A stretch of 56,496 nucleotides of DNA, the filler included, from Basidioascus undulatus (lineage: Eukaryota), in assembly GCA_000826855.1 (NCBI GenBank). It is 4 parts of 4 records of this genome, joined end to end, with 100 filler letters (N's around TTAATTAATTAA, not from the genome) between each part and the next. Parts side by side here need not be neighbours in the genome. Positions count along the whole stretch, not along the records: positions 16,692 to 36,219 come from JTLS01001184.1; 3 more parts are not named here. One strand, given 5' to 3'. The first letter of the stretch is position 1. Each line of letters starts with the position of its first letter. The notes beneath the pieces were generated by a model. The model was given only the letters and a program-made list of their open reading frames with translations. It was not told the origin of the DNA and searched no databases. Made by a program: the position numbers and the translations under genes. Positions 24,035 through 36,319 of this stretch are shown here, piece after piece.

Positions 24035-26016
24035 ATGTCCATCCGACGCTCCACGCGGATCGCGATGGCCGTGTCGATCTCCACGACCACCACCTCTGCG
24101 CGCGCTCCTTCGCCCACCTTGCCCGCTCCGGCGCTGGGCCCGACAGCCGTCACGGTCGCTGCGTCTCATGCCGTGCAAATAGAGACGGACGCAGAAGGGG
24201 GAGCGGAGGAGGGGCCGGTGAAGAAGAAGCGCAAGGTGACGCGTAAGAAGAAGGTCGAGGAGGAGATGGTATTTCCTGTGAGGGCGAAGATCGCGTGAGT
24301 GGCTTTGGTGAGGTGTCAGGTGTAGTATGGGGGGCGTCGCTGATGGAGGAAGGGGCGAAATGCAGGCATAAGGTCGGGGCGCATGTGTCGGGCGCTGGAG
24401 GGGCGGAGAATGGCATCATCAATGCTGCGAAGATTGGGTGTGTGCCCGCACTGCGTCCGCGTCCCCGTCAGCCTGTCTTGTTCTGATGATGGGGAGGAAT
24501 GACAGCGCCAACGCATTCGCTCTCTTCCTCAAGAATCAGCAGCGCTGGACGTCCGGCCCGACGTCGGAGGAGACGATAGCGGCGTTTCCGAAGCTGTTGG
24601 AGAAGCATGGGTATGCGGCGGACTTGATCGTGCCGCATGGGTCGTACCTGGTGAATATCGCGAACCCTGATCAGTACGTCTCGATTACATTATATTGCAC
24701 TCTTTTCTCTGCCGCTACTGACAGGCTCGATGGTGCTGGCAGGGAGAAGCGGGAAAAGAGCTACGGTGCGATACATGCGGCCCACTTGATCTTTCCCTTC
24801 CTCGATAACTTAACCGGGCGGAGGTAGAATGCTTTTTGGACGACCTGAAACGCTGCGAGCAGCTCGGCCTGAAGCTGTACAACTTCCAGTCCGTCCGCGT
24901 CCGCCCTGCCTCCCGATCTCTCCTTCAGCTCATCGCGTGCGAACGGCCCCGTTCTCAGCCCCGGGTCCACAGTCGGTGCAACCACAGTCGAGCACGCATG
25001 CTCGCTCGTCGCGGACGCAATCAACCGGGCTCATAGGGACACGAAGGGCGTGGCGTGCGTGGTGGAGAACATGGTGCGCTGTCGGAGTTCTATCCCGTCC
25101 CGGACGGGCAGTCCTGAGGCGGCATGAGCGAGGGACAGTCTGGGCAGGGCAACACGCTCGGCGGGCGCTGGGAGGATCTGGCGCTCATTATCGCGGGGGT
25201 GGAGGACAAGACTCGCGTGGGCGTGTGCTTGGATACTTGCGCGTCTGAATTTCTCGCCCTTGGTACTTTGGCTTACTCACGCGCTGCGATCTGGTTCCAC
25301 AGGCCACATGTTCGCGGCGGGACATGATATTCGCACGCGGGAAGCGTACGAGTAAGTCTAGCTCAGCAAAGGCATTTGCGCATCTTGCGGTGGAGGCTGA
25401 TATGTTCGTCGAGGGAACCAGCAAGATGATGGAGTCGTTCGACTCCGTAGTCGGGCTCAAGTACCTCCGAGCGCTTCACCTGAACGATTCGATGTTCGAC
25501 CTCGGAGCGAAGCGTGACCGGCACGCGAACATCGGGCGGTCCGTCCCCCTCCCCTCCGCCTCATCCCCCACGTCTTCCCAACGCTCACTCCGTTTTCCCC
25601 ACCACAGCGGCCAGCTCGGCCTCCTCCCCTTCTCCTTTATCATGACCGACGCGCGCCTGCAAGGCATCCCGCTCATCCTCGAGACGCCGTCAGGCGACGT
25701 CGACGGTGTGTGGGCGACGGAGATTGCGCTGCTGAACGCGCTCGCGGAGAGGGAGGAACTGGAGAGCGAGAAAGTGAGAGGGCTGGTAGAGGAGCTGAGG
25801 AGGATCACGCCGGTTAAGGAGAAGCCAGCAGCGCAGGGGAAGGGAAAGGCGGCGGGGAAGGGCAAGGGCAAGGGCAAGGGCAAGGGCAAGGGCAAGGGCA
25901 AGGGCAAGGGCAAAGGCAAAGGAGGAAAGGGGAAGGAGGAGGAGGAGAAGGAGGGCGAGGAGAGTAGCGAACTGAGCGAGTTGAGCGAGGTTGGGAGGGA
26001 CGAGAAAGTGCTGTGA
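24035..26016 (+). CDS. APN1: AP endonuclease 1 (endonuclease IV family), multi-exon
   Basis: [72 protein letters not shown]...[16 protein letters not shown]; Lys-rich tail. Confidence 0.96.
25837..25935 (+). repeat. (GGCAAG)n microsatellite encoding a Gly-Lys repeat in the APN1 tail
   Basis: Tandem GGCAAG hexamers in frame giving GKGKGK. Confidence 0.95.
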
Positions 26017-27354
26017 GGGATGGGTGAGGGGCGGTGTGTAGTGGCTCGATGGATTTCGCCATGCACCTTTACGCAGACTGCTGCCATCTGCTAGCTCAAT
26101 CTCATGCTGTTGGTGGGGGTACCACTCTGGTGCCCAATCGGCATGTATTGTGCAATGAGTGGTAGTGTCGGACACATCCACTCCCTGAGGTGTACAACTG
26201 GCCATTCCAGGCTGAGCCCCACTGACACTTCCCTTCGTGCCATGTGCTGCGTGTACCCTAATTGTTGTATCAGATTTCGCTTCTAAGACTAGAAATTGCA
26301 GCGGCAGCGAGGGAGAGTGGTCCAAGACCTTCGCCAGTAATCCTTTGCTTTCTTTCTCTACCTGGATATATCAGCTTTACCCACTTGCAGACAGTTCTAA
26401 TATTGACAGGCTGGCGCCATTGGCAGACGCGGTTTCAATCGATGCGAAAAAAGCCAAACGCGTGCGCGCAGCTCGCGCATTTCGGGGAAGACGCGTCAGG
26501 CTGACAGCCGAAGGGTAAGGCGCATGTATCTCTCCTCGCCCTCAACACCTTCCTGTGCACCACCACCTCACAATATCGTACATAACAGGTTCCGACGCAG
26601 ACATCGGCGCCCTTCTGCAGCGCCTGAGCAGCATGGGCGGCCTCGGCGGTGGCCTGGGTGGCTTTGCCGGGGCAGGCGGCAGAGGCGGTCCCCCTCCGCC
26701 GAACTGCGGCGACGGCGGGTGGCCGCCGAAATATGTCAAACTGGCGAGGGCGGATGACGGGCGTGATTTGCCGGACATTACTTCAAAGGTGAGCTGCGAA
26801 CGGTTCGAGGAAGAGGGGAAGGGGGTGAGGGCTGACTAGGATATTGGCGGATCAAGACCTGCTCGCGAGATGGCTTCGGGATCCGGATGAAGGGGGCGTT
26901 TTGGAGTAGCTTTACGGGAGAGGGGAACAGCTGCGTGCTTCTGGGGTCAGGCTTGAGGATGACGAGGGAGTGCACCTGGTTGCGCCTGAGGTGTGATGTA
27001 TGAAGTTCGATATGAGACGGTCGCAGAAATGAGCTTGGTAGAAGAATACCCAGTTCGAATAACGGTACGAGCCAGAGCACGGGGTTGGCATCGGAAGGCA
27101 ACTCGCGATGAGAGGATTGATGAGTGCACGACTTACTTGAATCAAGGCTCGCTTGAATCGTTCGCCGTCCTGAACGAGGCTCATGCGTGAGGGACGGATC
27201 GAAGGTCAGCAACAGCACAAGCTTCCGATACGACGGTAGAGTCGACACTAGAGAGTCAGTGGTGATGTGCCCAACCCGCCCACAGACGGCAGCGCGACCA
27301 ACGGATCAAGATAATTTCAACGGGAAAGTCATCAACGAGTGTCCCCGCGCAATC

Positions 27355-28537
27355 TCACTTAGCCGCAGGCGTCGTCGGCTGGCTTCCTCCTCCCGCGCCC
27401 CACCTGAACCAGCCGCTGCTCCTGCGCCTGATGCCCTCGTCCGTCTCGGGCGCGCTCTCCGCCTCGCCGCCGTCGATCTCCTCAAACCCGCTCCTCGAGC
27501 CCGTGCGGCTGCTCTGGCCGGAGCTGGGGCCCGCCGTACCGGGGCCGCCCTCCTCCTCGGCGAGGCGCGCCAGCTCCACCTCGAGCGCAGCGCGCCGGCG
27601 CGAACGCTCGTCCGCCGTCACACGCAGCGTCGCCGTGCTCGACCCTAGCGGCGAGGCGGAGCGAGCAACGTGCCCTGTCGCGGAGATGGTGGGCGGCGGC
27701 TTTAGCAGCTGCGCACCGGCTGCGAGCGCCGCGGGGCCGTAGGTGGCTACCAGCGAGTTGAAGCCAGAGAAGAGCGCCGCGGGACGGGAGGGCGTTGGGG
27801 GCGGCTGCTGAGGGGGAGGAGGCTGCGCAGCCTGCGCTTCGGCAGCTTGCGCCTGTCAAACGAATCGCAGGTCAGAACACCGATGACCCCTTGGCCATAT
27901 TTGAAGAAACAAAAGGGAGATGGATGGACGCACTCCGAGAACAGTGCCCCGAGCGGTTGCCCACAGCTTCCGTAGCCAGTCTCCCGCCAGTTCCCATGCA
28001 CGCGCGCGCAGCTTGGTGAGCGTCTCGTCGATTTCACGCTCATGCTTGATGAAGAGCGGCTCGAGATAGGTGTTGTAGAGATATGTGGAGCCCTGGCGAT
28101 CAGGTACGGAGGTCAGCGTTCGGCGTGCTCGGCAAGGGAACGGAGGATGAGCGGACCTCGGTTTGTGGCAGCGTGAGCCAGAGGATGACTGGAGATGTGG
28201 ACGAATAAGCTGAGCGCTTTCAGGTTTGAGAGAGCGGTGAGACGCACACAGAGCCTTGACCTCGTAGTAAAACGGCAGCCTTCCCCGCCCGGCACGTCTC
28301 AACGGCTAAGCGTCCCGCCCGCTCCCGCTCCCGTCTTCTGGGCAAGAGATAGACTTACCAGCTGACAGCCCACTCCGCCGCGCCCTCGACGGCGCCGACG
28401 ACGCCCATGACGGACCAGAACATGAGCCAGCGCTCGAGGACGGCCAGGTCGTTGCCCTTGATGGCCTTGTAGGACGCGTAGGCCGGGTAGAGGAAGCCCA
28501 CGAGGGAGATGATGAGCCGGTCGAAGATGTAGAACAT
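27355..28537 (-). CDS. TB2/DP1/HVA22 (REEP/YOP1 family) ER-shaping protein
   Basis: VGFLYPAYASYKAIK...ERWLMFWSV...EWAVSW|LPFYYEVK..F|ILWLTLPQTE|GSTYLYNTYLEPLFIKHEREID; long low-complexity C-terminus. Confidence 0.93.
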
Positions 28538-29512
28538 CGTAGGCAGATTTGGGGATGGGCTGGACATCGAGATGTGTGTCAATGGGATTATAAGAATGCG
28601 GAAGCCTGCAAGGAGGTGAACGAACGTGAAAGAGTGTGGGCGGTGGTGGTGGTTGCGCAAGCGATATCACGCGGATGTTCGACCGCCGAACGCGTGCACG
28701 TCGGCAACGGACTGGGGGGAACGTGGAAGACAACCAAAAGACGTGGACGATGGATTAGAACGCCGAAAAGCGCTCTACAGGGGTGTTATGAGCTGCGCCT
28801 TAGATAGATGAGCAGCCGATTGAGGGATGGTGGTCGCGCGAGCCAAGTTCAAGCAGCACTCGTCCTCGGCAGACGCGCGGCCGAAGCTAGGCACGGCAAG
28901 TGCAACATGTTGCAACGACGTCAGCCCAGCACGCTCGATAAGACGGTTGAAATTTTCAAGTGAAAGGACTGTGGCTCATTATAATCTTTGGGCAATTACT
29001 TCAAAGATCTTGGTTCTTAACACAGCAAGCGCAGGGGACTGGAAAGCAGTGACCCATCCCGTTGCCTGACACCGAAGTACCCCCTCTCCTAGCTCATTTA
29101 CTTCACTATCAAATTCACTGGGCTTTAGAGTGTTGTGAGAAAAGGTTGTCCTCTAAGAAGGTCCAACGTTTTCGATGGACTATGCTGAGGTCTGAACCGG
29201 CAAGAACAGGCTTGCAGGACACCAAACTTTGGGGAACATTTCACTCCGCTGCAGCGTCAAAATGACTTGAGTACTGTCGGCTCGTCAGACTGATTGCTAA
29301 GGTCTTTGCTAGTCCTGACAACAAATAACATGACTACTGAACGAAGACGAACAGCCGCTGGTGCACTCAGCATCCGGCCGCAGTGCGGCCTCGGGGGAAG
29401 AACTTCAGTGACTGCAAAAATGCGACTGCAAAGATTCTGCTTTGTTTTTCCGCTGCCTCTCTTGTCCCACCTCCCTCAAACATCAAAATACTTGTTGTAA
29501 GACTAAAGATAA

Positions 29513-29586
29513 TGGCCATTGCAGGGGTCGAACCTGCGACTTTGGAGTTATTAGCTCCACACTCTAACCAACTGAGTTAAACGGCC
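29513..29586 (-). tRNA. tRNA-Ile(AAT), no intron
   Basis: Acceptor GGCCGTT/AATGGCC; D arm ACTC/GAGT; anticodon arm TGGAG-CT-AAT-AA-CTCCA; T arm GCAGG-TTCGACC-CCTGC. Confidence 0.97.
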
Positions 29587-30168
29587 TTCGTAGACCCTCA
29601 AAGCTGAGTATTCTTGACCAAACAGCTGCTCATTGAAGGGGTTCTTGGGTGTCCGACCACAGTTAAATACAACTTACCACTACCGATCAGAAGCGAGTCT
29701 TGAATACACAGGAGGCGTTACCTGAACAGCGGACGCTGCGGGTCTGCAGTGCCCACTCTGGCACTTAGGACCTTTTATGACGCACGTCAGTCCTAGTGGT
29801 CCGCAGCTGTGTTATATTCAGAGCATTCGAAAGTAGCTTAAGAATGCGACCTCCGGTTGGTCGATCTGATAGAGGTCAAGAAAGGTTCAGCACGCCCGTA
29901 TGTCTGCGACCGACACCCGACGACCGTCGGAGCGTCCCTGCGCAACACCGCGCCGTCCAAGCCAACGGCGGATTCTTTCCACCTGGATTCTTTCCGCCCC
30001 CAGCCAATACAGGCGGTATCTTTCCACCTTCAGCAACACACCCACCTGCGCAGCGTTCGGGCCGAAAAAAAAGTCGATCATGCTCCCCTCGGCGCCGTCC
30101 ACCACCGCATGGTATAAAGAGCTCCATTCCTCTGCCCTCCGAGTCCCCTCACATCCAAGCAACGCACA

Positions 30169-32296
30169 ATGCTCACCCGCACTATCCTCTCCCGCACCGC
30201 CCTCGGCCCCGTCCGCTTCGCCTCGACGCAGGTTGCCTCCGCCATGCGCGCTGCAAAAGAGGAAGGCAGCATCGCGTCTGTGTTTGGCTCGCTGCGCGGG
30301 GAGGAGATCGCGGTCCTGCCCCAGCGTTTCTCGGACCTGAAGAAGGACCTGTGGAAGGAGGGCTTGATGGAGAGCTGGAGGGAGGTGTTGGCTGAGCTGA
30401 AGGGCGCTGTAGAGGAGACTGTGGAGCTTGGGTCGGAGGTAAAGCCTATCCACATTTCTGACTTGTGCGCCCGAGTAATATGACGATATGGTACATCTGC
30501 AGATCATCTCCAAGATTGAGTACTCGGAACTTGAGAAAGGCACCTTGAGCGAAGGCCTTCTCCAGCGCGTCCGCAAGACCGGAACCGTTGTTGTGCAAGG
30601 CGGTGTGTCTGAAGAGGTGCGCACAAAACTCTCTTGAATATTCAAGCTCGCCGCTTAAACGATTTGATACTTTAAAGGAAGCTCTTGGCTGGAAGCAGTC
30701 AATCAAGGACTACGTCGCTGCGAACCGGCCGCTCGTGAAAGGTGCATCTTCCTGTCTCACGCCGTCTTCGCAATGCATTGCAAAATCTAACGCACCTCTC
30801 CTCAAAGGTTTCCCGGCGGACGACATTCAAGTCTTCGAGCTCTACCACTCCAAAGCGCAGACGGCCGCGCGCTCGCACCCCGCCCTTCTCAACACGCAGC
30901 GCTACCTCCTCTCACTGTGGCACACTTCCGACCCCAACACGCCTATCAGCCTTAACACGCCCATCTCGTACTATGACCGTCTTCGCAGTGAGTGTTGCTC
31001 TTGAGCGGGTGTCTAAGCCACGAGACTTAATACCCTGGACTTGTGAGCAGTTCGGCACCCTGGCGACTCCCAGTTCGCCCTTGGACCGCATGTGGATGGT
31101 GGGTCATTGGAGAGGTGCATGCCGATCTTACTTACTTACTATATCCAATGCCTCTTTCTGACCTTTATCCCTTCAAATTCAGGTGGGAAGACCCCGGTAA
31201 GCTTACCCTCATCTCTCCCTTATAAATGACGAGGACCCGCTGGCGATGCTGACGATCGCGTCTTCCCAGGCTTCCGATCGTGCTGGAAGCACATCCTTGA
31301 GGGCGGGTCGTCCTGGCGGTCGCACGATCCGTTTGACGCATCTCCTCGTCTGGGCTCAGTTCAGGATCTTTACAACGGCCCGTGAGTGAACCGGAGCTCT
31401 CGTTGTTTAAGTGCTGCATCCGATTTTGACTGGTCGTGGCACAGCGGCCAATGCTCCGTCTTCCGTCCCTGGCAAGGTGAGTCTCCTGCTCTTGCTCACA
31501 TCACCCTCTCCTCTTCTTCAGTCACTTACCTCACGTCCCTTCCCCAGGCTGGACCGCCCTCTCGCACACGGGTCCCTCCGAAGGGACGCTCCGCGTCCTG
31601 CCCTTCGTGCACCTCGCGACAGCCTACATCATCCTCCGCCCCTTCTTCCGTCCGCGCCGGTCGCTCGAGCACCTCTCATTCGCGGACTGGGAGCTCGACC
31701 TCGAGTGCACGTCTTTCCCCGGGAGCGCGATGGGCCGCTGCCAAGAGCTTTCGCACGCGACGCACCCGCACTTGCAGCTCGAGAAGACGATGACGAGCGC
31801 GCCGGTTGTGAGGCCGGGGGATCAGGTGTACTGGTGCGTTGTCCATTCAACTGAATACCGCGGTGTGACCACCCTATGAACTGGACTGTGAGGGCAATAG
31901 GCACTGCGACGTAGTGCACGCTGTTGAGACTGAGCACAGGGGGCAGGGCGACTCATCCGTGCTCTACATCCCCGCAATCCCTCTCACGCTGAACAAGTAC
32001 GTCCATCCCCACCCCCCTCCACCCTCCTCCCATCCCCTTGATACCCACTCACCCACCTCCATCCACGCAGCGCCGCCTACCTCGCACATCAGCGCTCCGA
32101 CTTCCTCAAGGGCGTCCCGCCAAGCGACTTCCCAGGCGGGGAGGGCGAGAGCAGCTTCGTCGGGCGCGCGACTGCGGAAGACGTCGTCGGCGTGGACGCG
32201 CGCAGGGCGCTTGGGCTGGAGCGCTTCGTTGTTCCGGAGGGGGCCACGCCGGGCGCGAAGACCACGGTTGAGGGGGCCAATGCGATCTTGTTCTGA
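30169..32296 (+). CDS. DUF1479 / Gig2 / YbiU-like 2OG-Fe(II) oxygenase, probably mitochondrial, many short exons
   Basis: KEEGSIASVFGSL..LPQRFSDLKK, YYDRLR|IRHPGD..LGPHVDGGSLER|WEDP, CSVFRPWQ|GWTALS..EGTLRVLP, AYIILRPFF, PGDQVYW|HCDVVHAVETEH. Confidence 0.93.
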
Positions 32297-32985
32297 TGGA
32301 CGATACGATCAGACGGTTTAAATGTACTTTTTGACTTGTCACATGTTGTTGGTAGTGTAACGCTGTGCGTTCTTTCGTGCCACGAAGTCGACCTCCGCTC
32401 AGCACGTGCCCAAGCAGCGCTGCTCTGTGGAGGGTTAGATTGTTCATGCGCTGGAACCTACACAGACCAGCGACGACGAACCGCTTCTCAGTTTACCTAA
32501 AGTGCGTTGTGCATTGACGGTTCTTGCGAGCATGTGTTAGGTCAGCCGCGACGACCTCCCATTCCAGAGCGATGATGCGGTTCTCTGAAAAGTTCCTCGC
32601 TGTATGAATGTGTGCGATTCAAAGTAAACGGGGAGGTCAGCGCAGACACAACGGTGATGGATGTTGAGCGAGTGCGAGCGGCGAGCGACTGAGTCTTGGC
32701 AAGCACTGCGAATGGAAACCGCCAGGACCCAAAAGTGGGTGTTGACGATGCGTGAGCGAATGACAGATTGGTGAGTACCGCCGCGCATATGACCGACGGT
32801 TCTTCGAGAAATCCGAAAGAGAGAGGGCGACCGAAGAGACCGCCGCCATGTGGGCGATCAATGAGCAAGCCGAACGCGCCCGAATAAGATGAGATGAGAT
32901 TATGCAGCAAAAACAACAGTGATTTGATTGATTGGGGAAGGTGACCCACTAAAATGCGTCGGTGATGAATGAGAGGAAGAACGTT

Positions 32986-33822
32986 CTAGTACTTGTAGCG
33001 AGTGGAGTAGTCTGCAGGAGGGAAATACAGAATGATAACTTAGCACACGGGGGCGAGAAGGGAGTAGAAGGGAACCCCATGCCTTTGGGAGAAACAACGA
33101 GACCGCGGCCCTTTGATGCGCCGCGGTAGACGGTCTCGATGATGTCGATCATCTGCAGGTCAACGACGCGCTACGTCAGTACCCGGCGCGGCCTGCACTT
33201 CGCAGCTTCTGATCCCATCCTACCTCCTGCTTATCATCCATAGCCCAGTTGCTATGTCGCGGAACGCAGCGTGTCAGTCCGGCGAGCAGGTGGGACACAA
33301 GAATGGAAAGACGCACATCTTGTTGTTGTTACCCGTGCCCAAATCTATCATGATATGCTTATTCCTGTTTTCCTACAATTTGAACACCAGGCCGCCAAAA
33401 ACTAGAGAAGAAAGACGCACCGGTAAAAGAACATCACCGTGCACTCGTCGTACAACTCGTACATCTGTCCCCGTCCCCACCTTGCATCAGCACCACCGCC
33501 AATTTTCTCACCCTTCCGGTGAACAACCCGACGCACCTTGTTGAAATCCGGCACCTGCGTGATGTCGCACAAGTAAATGACAGCGAAGTTGACGACCTTC
33601 TCAGCGACGGAGTAGAGCGTCTCGTCCATCTTCATGCACTCCGGGTTGGAGTCCTGCCCGAAACGGATGACAACTACGCGGTCCTCCTCGGATAGGATGG
33701 CTTGGTCGACGTGCCAGCCTATTGGGGGGACATGGTGGTTTTGGTGAGCTTGTGAGGTCGCTGGGAGAGGCAGGGGAAGGGGGAGAGGTACCGGAGGGGA
33801 GGTGGGGAAGGAAGTAGGACAT
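32986..33822 (-). CDS. DIB1: Spliceosomal U5 snRNP protein Dim1/Dib1 (TXNL4A), 7 exons
   Basis: MSYFLPHLPS|GWHVDQAILSEEDRVVVIRFG...VPDFNK|MYELYDECTVMFFY|RNKHIMIDLGTGNNNK|INWAMDDKQE|MIDIIETVYRGASKGRGLVVSPK|DYSTRYKY*. Confidence 0.98.
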
Positions 33823-34054
33823 GCTGGGCGGGTTGCGGTCGAATTAAAGATGGTGAGGTCCGACCTGAATAAGACGGGAGGAGAAGGCGTTGGTGGCAAG
33901 ATGGCCGTTGTGAACGAGCTGGAAGGTGCTCTCGATAGCGAGTTGGCCTCGTTTCTACAACCCTAACCTCTAGAGTTCCGCCTGGCAAGCCTGCCTTCCG
34001 GCTTCGCCCTCCCAGGCGACATCCATCACACACTTCCACCGCACACGCACGAAT

Positions 34055-34675
34055 ATGCCCGCCAAAGCGGCCGCAGGACGCGCAGCGCAGCCTAAACGCA
34101 TCCGCAAGCGCAAGCGCCGCACAGCCGCCTCCAGCTCGTCGTCCTCCTCTTCATCTTCCTCCTCCGACTCCGAGTCCGACGCGTCCCCTGCTCCGCCTCC
34201 CAAACCTGCCGCTGCACCCAAGGCGGACGCAGAGAGCAACTCCGATTCCGATTCTGATTCCAGTAGCTCATCATCCTCGTCATCTTCATCCTCTTCATCC
34301 TCCTTGTCTTCCTCCTCCGCAACTAGCCCCAAATCCAAGCAACCCACCAAATCCGCCGCCGCGCCCACCCGGACACGTACGACGCCCTCGCCCTCCCCGC
34401 CACCCTCCTTCCCCGCCTTCCCCTCCGCACCGGCGCAGGCCGCCGAGGCCCGCCAGTCCGCGTTCCGCGCGTACTGGATGAGCCGCGTCGCGGACGGGTT
34501 CGAGGCCGACTTGGACAAGCTGCGCACGCAGGAGCCGGACATGGGCGCGAGCCGGCTCGCGATGCTTGTGGAGAGCTTGGCGGAGGGGATGGAGGTCGTT
34601 GCGCCGGAGGAGAGGGAACTGGTGTTGAGGAAGTTGGCGGAGGGCGGGGAGGAGGGGATGGACGTGGATGGATAG
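34055..34675 (+). CDS. RSA3: Ribosome assembly protein 3-like
   Basis: Basic N-terminus, Ser/Asp-rich tract, then C-terminal FRAYWMSRVADGFEADLDKLR...RLAMLVESLAEG typical of the Rsa3 domain; single exon. Confidence 0.8.
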   Translation: MPAKAAAGRAAQPKRIRKRKRRTAASSSSSSSSSSSSDSESDASPAPPPKPAAAPKADAESNSDSDSDSSSSSSSSSSSSSSSLSSSSATSPKSKQPTKSAAAPTRTRTTPSPSPPPSFPAFPSAPAQAAEARQSAFRAYWMSRVADGFEADLDKLRTQEPDMGASRLAMLVESLAEGMEVVAPEERELVLRKLAEGGEEGMDVDG

Positions 34676-35282
34676 AGGGGATTGGAGGATTGCGCACGTC
34701 ATTTATACCCAACACCAGATGTGTGCCCTATGAGAGTGGCTTTCAGCCGTGACTCCGGGTGGGCGGCTGAGAGCTGGCCATGGACTGGTGCAAGGATCCG
34801 ATGCCGATGAAGAATGCGTGAATAATGGTTCTCATCAGCCGCATACTCGTGTCTAGCCAAACTCATTTGCTTGCACATTCCTTTGCCTTGCAAATTACAT
34901 CGGAAATTCGGGTACTGAACAAGCGAACGTGCGTCGCAGGTGGAAACTGCTCCAGGTCAGTCGCCGCCTCATCTGCATTACAAAATTTCAGGCCTGACTG
35001 CCCCAGCTCTAACCTTGAAACGCTCAGACTTTCAGTCAATTATACATATCCTTTATATTTATCGGCGTCGGTACACCGTCGAGAGCGCTGATGTTGGCTA
35101 ATCAAGGCTGCTGCTAGCTGCTGGCCTGGACGGAACATCCGTGGATAAGTGGCGGACGGCCTCTCGCCACAGGCTCGGCTCACGGCAGGTCCTTACTCAC
35201 CATCCACGACCTGCTCGCTCGTCTCCACCCCTTGTCTCTTTCGTCCCACTCTAGATAGTCTACTCGGTTTACGTAACTCATC

Positions 35283-36219
35283 ATGGTGTGTATCGCTCGT
35301 TCGCGAAGCAGTCGCATCTCGGCTGATCCGCTCTCTTCCCCGCAGGGCAAAGCCGAAGCGGGCACTCCGAAAGCCATCGCGAACGCGATGAAGGCCAAGG
35401 GTGCGTTCACCCTCCGCTCAACGCTCTCCCGATCCTCCTCTTACGGCGTTTGACAGGTCTTCAGCGTCTGCGGTGGTACTGTCAGGTCTGCGAGAAGCAG
35501 TGCCGGGACGAGAACGGGTTCAAGTGCCACACGCAGTCCGAGAGCCACCTCCGGCAGATGCTCGTCGTCGGCGAGAACGCGGGGAAGCACATCGAGGACT
35601 TTTCCAGCCGGTTCCAGTCGGAGTTTGTGGGGCTGCTGTCGAGGCGGTGCGTGTCTTCCAGCCTGGAGGATGGGAGACGGTAGCTGATGAGATGGGGATG
35701 TGGACAGGTTCGGCACGAAGCGGATCCGCGCGAACCAGGTGTACCAGGAGTACATCTCGGACCGGAACCACCTGCACATGAACGCGACGCGGTGGGTGAC
35801 GCTCACCGAGTTTGTGAAGCACCTCGGGCGCACGGGCGTCGCGCACGTGGACGAGACGGAGAAGGGGTGGTACATCGCGTGGATCGACAACTCGCCCAAG
35901 GCGCTCGCGCGGCAGGTGCGTCTCTCCTCTCTTCCTCCCTCCCTTCCCTCCCCCTCCTTTCCATTCGCGGGCGGTGCTGATGGTGGGCTTGGGGTCGTGT
36001 GGTTGTAGGAGGCGGTGATGAAGAAGGAGCGGCAGGACATGGACGACGAGCAGCGGCAGCGGAAGCTGCTGGCAGAGCAGATCGAGCGCGCGCGACGGGA
36101 AGAGGAGGCGAAGGCCGGGTCGGCGTCCACGTCCGCCGAGCCGCCCAGGCCGATCGGCCTCGAGCGCGCAGAGGGCGACCAGCCGATCAAGCTCTCCTTT
36201 TCGCTCTCCAAGCCACCTT
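35283..36219 (+). CDS. RTS2: KIN17/Rts2 zinc-finger protein, 3' end lost at the spacer
   Basis: M|GKAEAGTPKAIANAMKAK|GLQRLRWYCQVCEKQCRDENGFKCHTQSESHLRQM, YQEYISDRNHLHMNATRWVTLTEFVKHLGRTG. Confidence 0.96.
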
Positions 36220-36319
36220 NNNNNNNNNNNNNNNNNNNNNNNNNNNNNNNNNNNNNNNNNNNNTTAATTAATTAANNNNNNNNNNNNNNNNNNNNNNNNN
36301 NNNNNNNNNNNNNNNNNNN
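36220..36319. other. Assembly spacer (N + TTAATTAATTAA + N)
   Basis: Same 100-nt linker; KIN17 does not resume on the other side. Confidence 0.99.
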
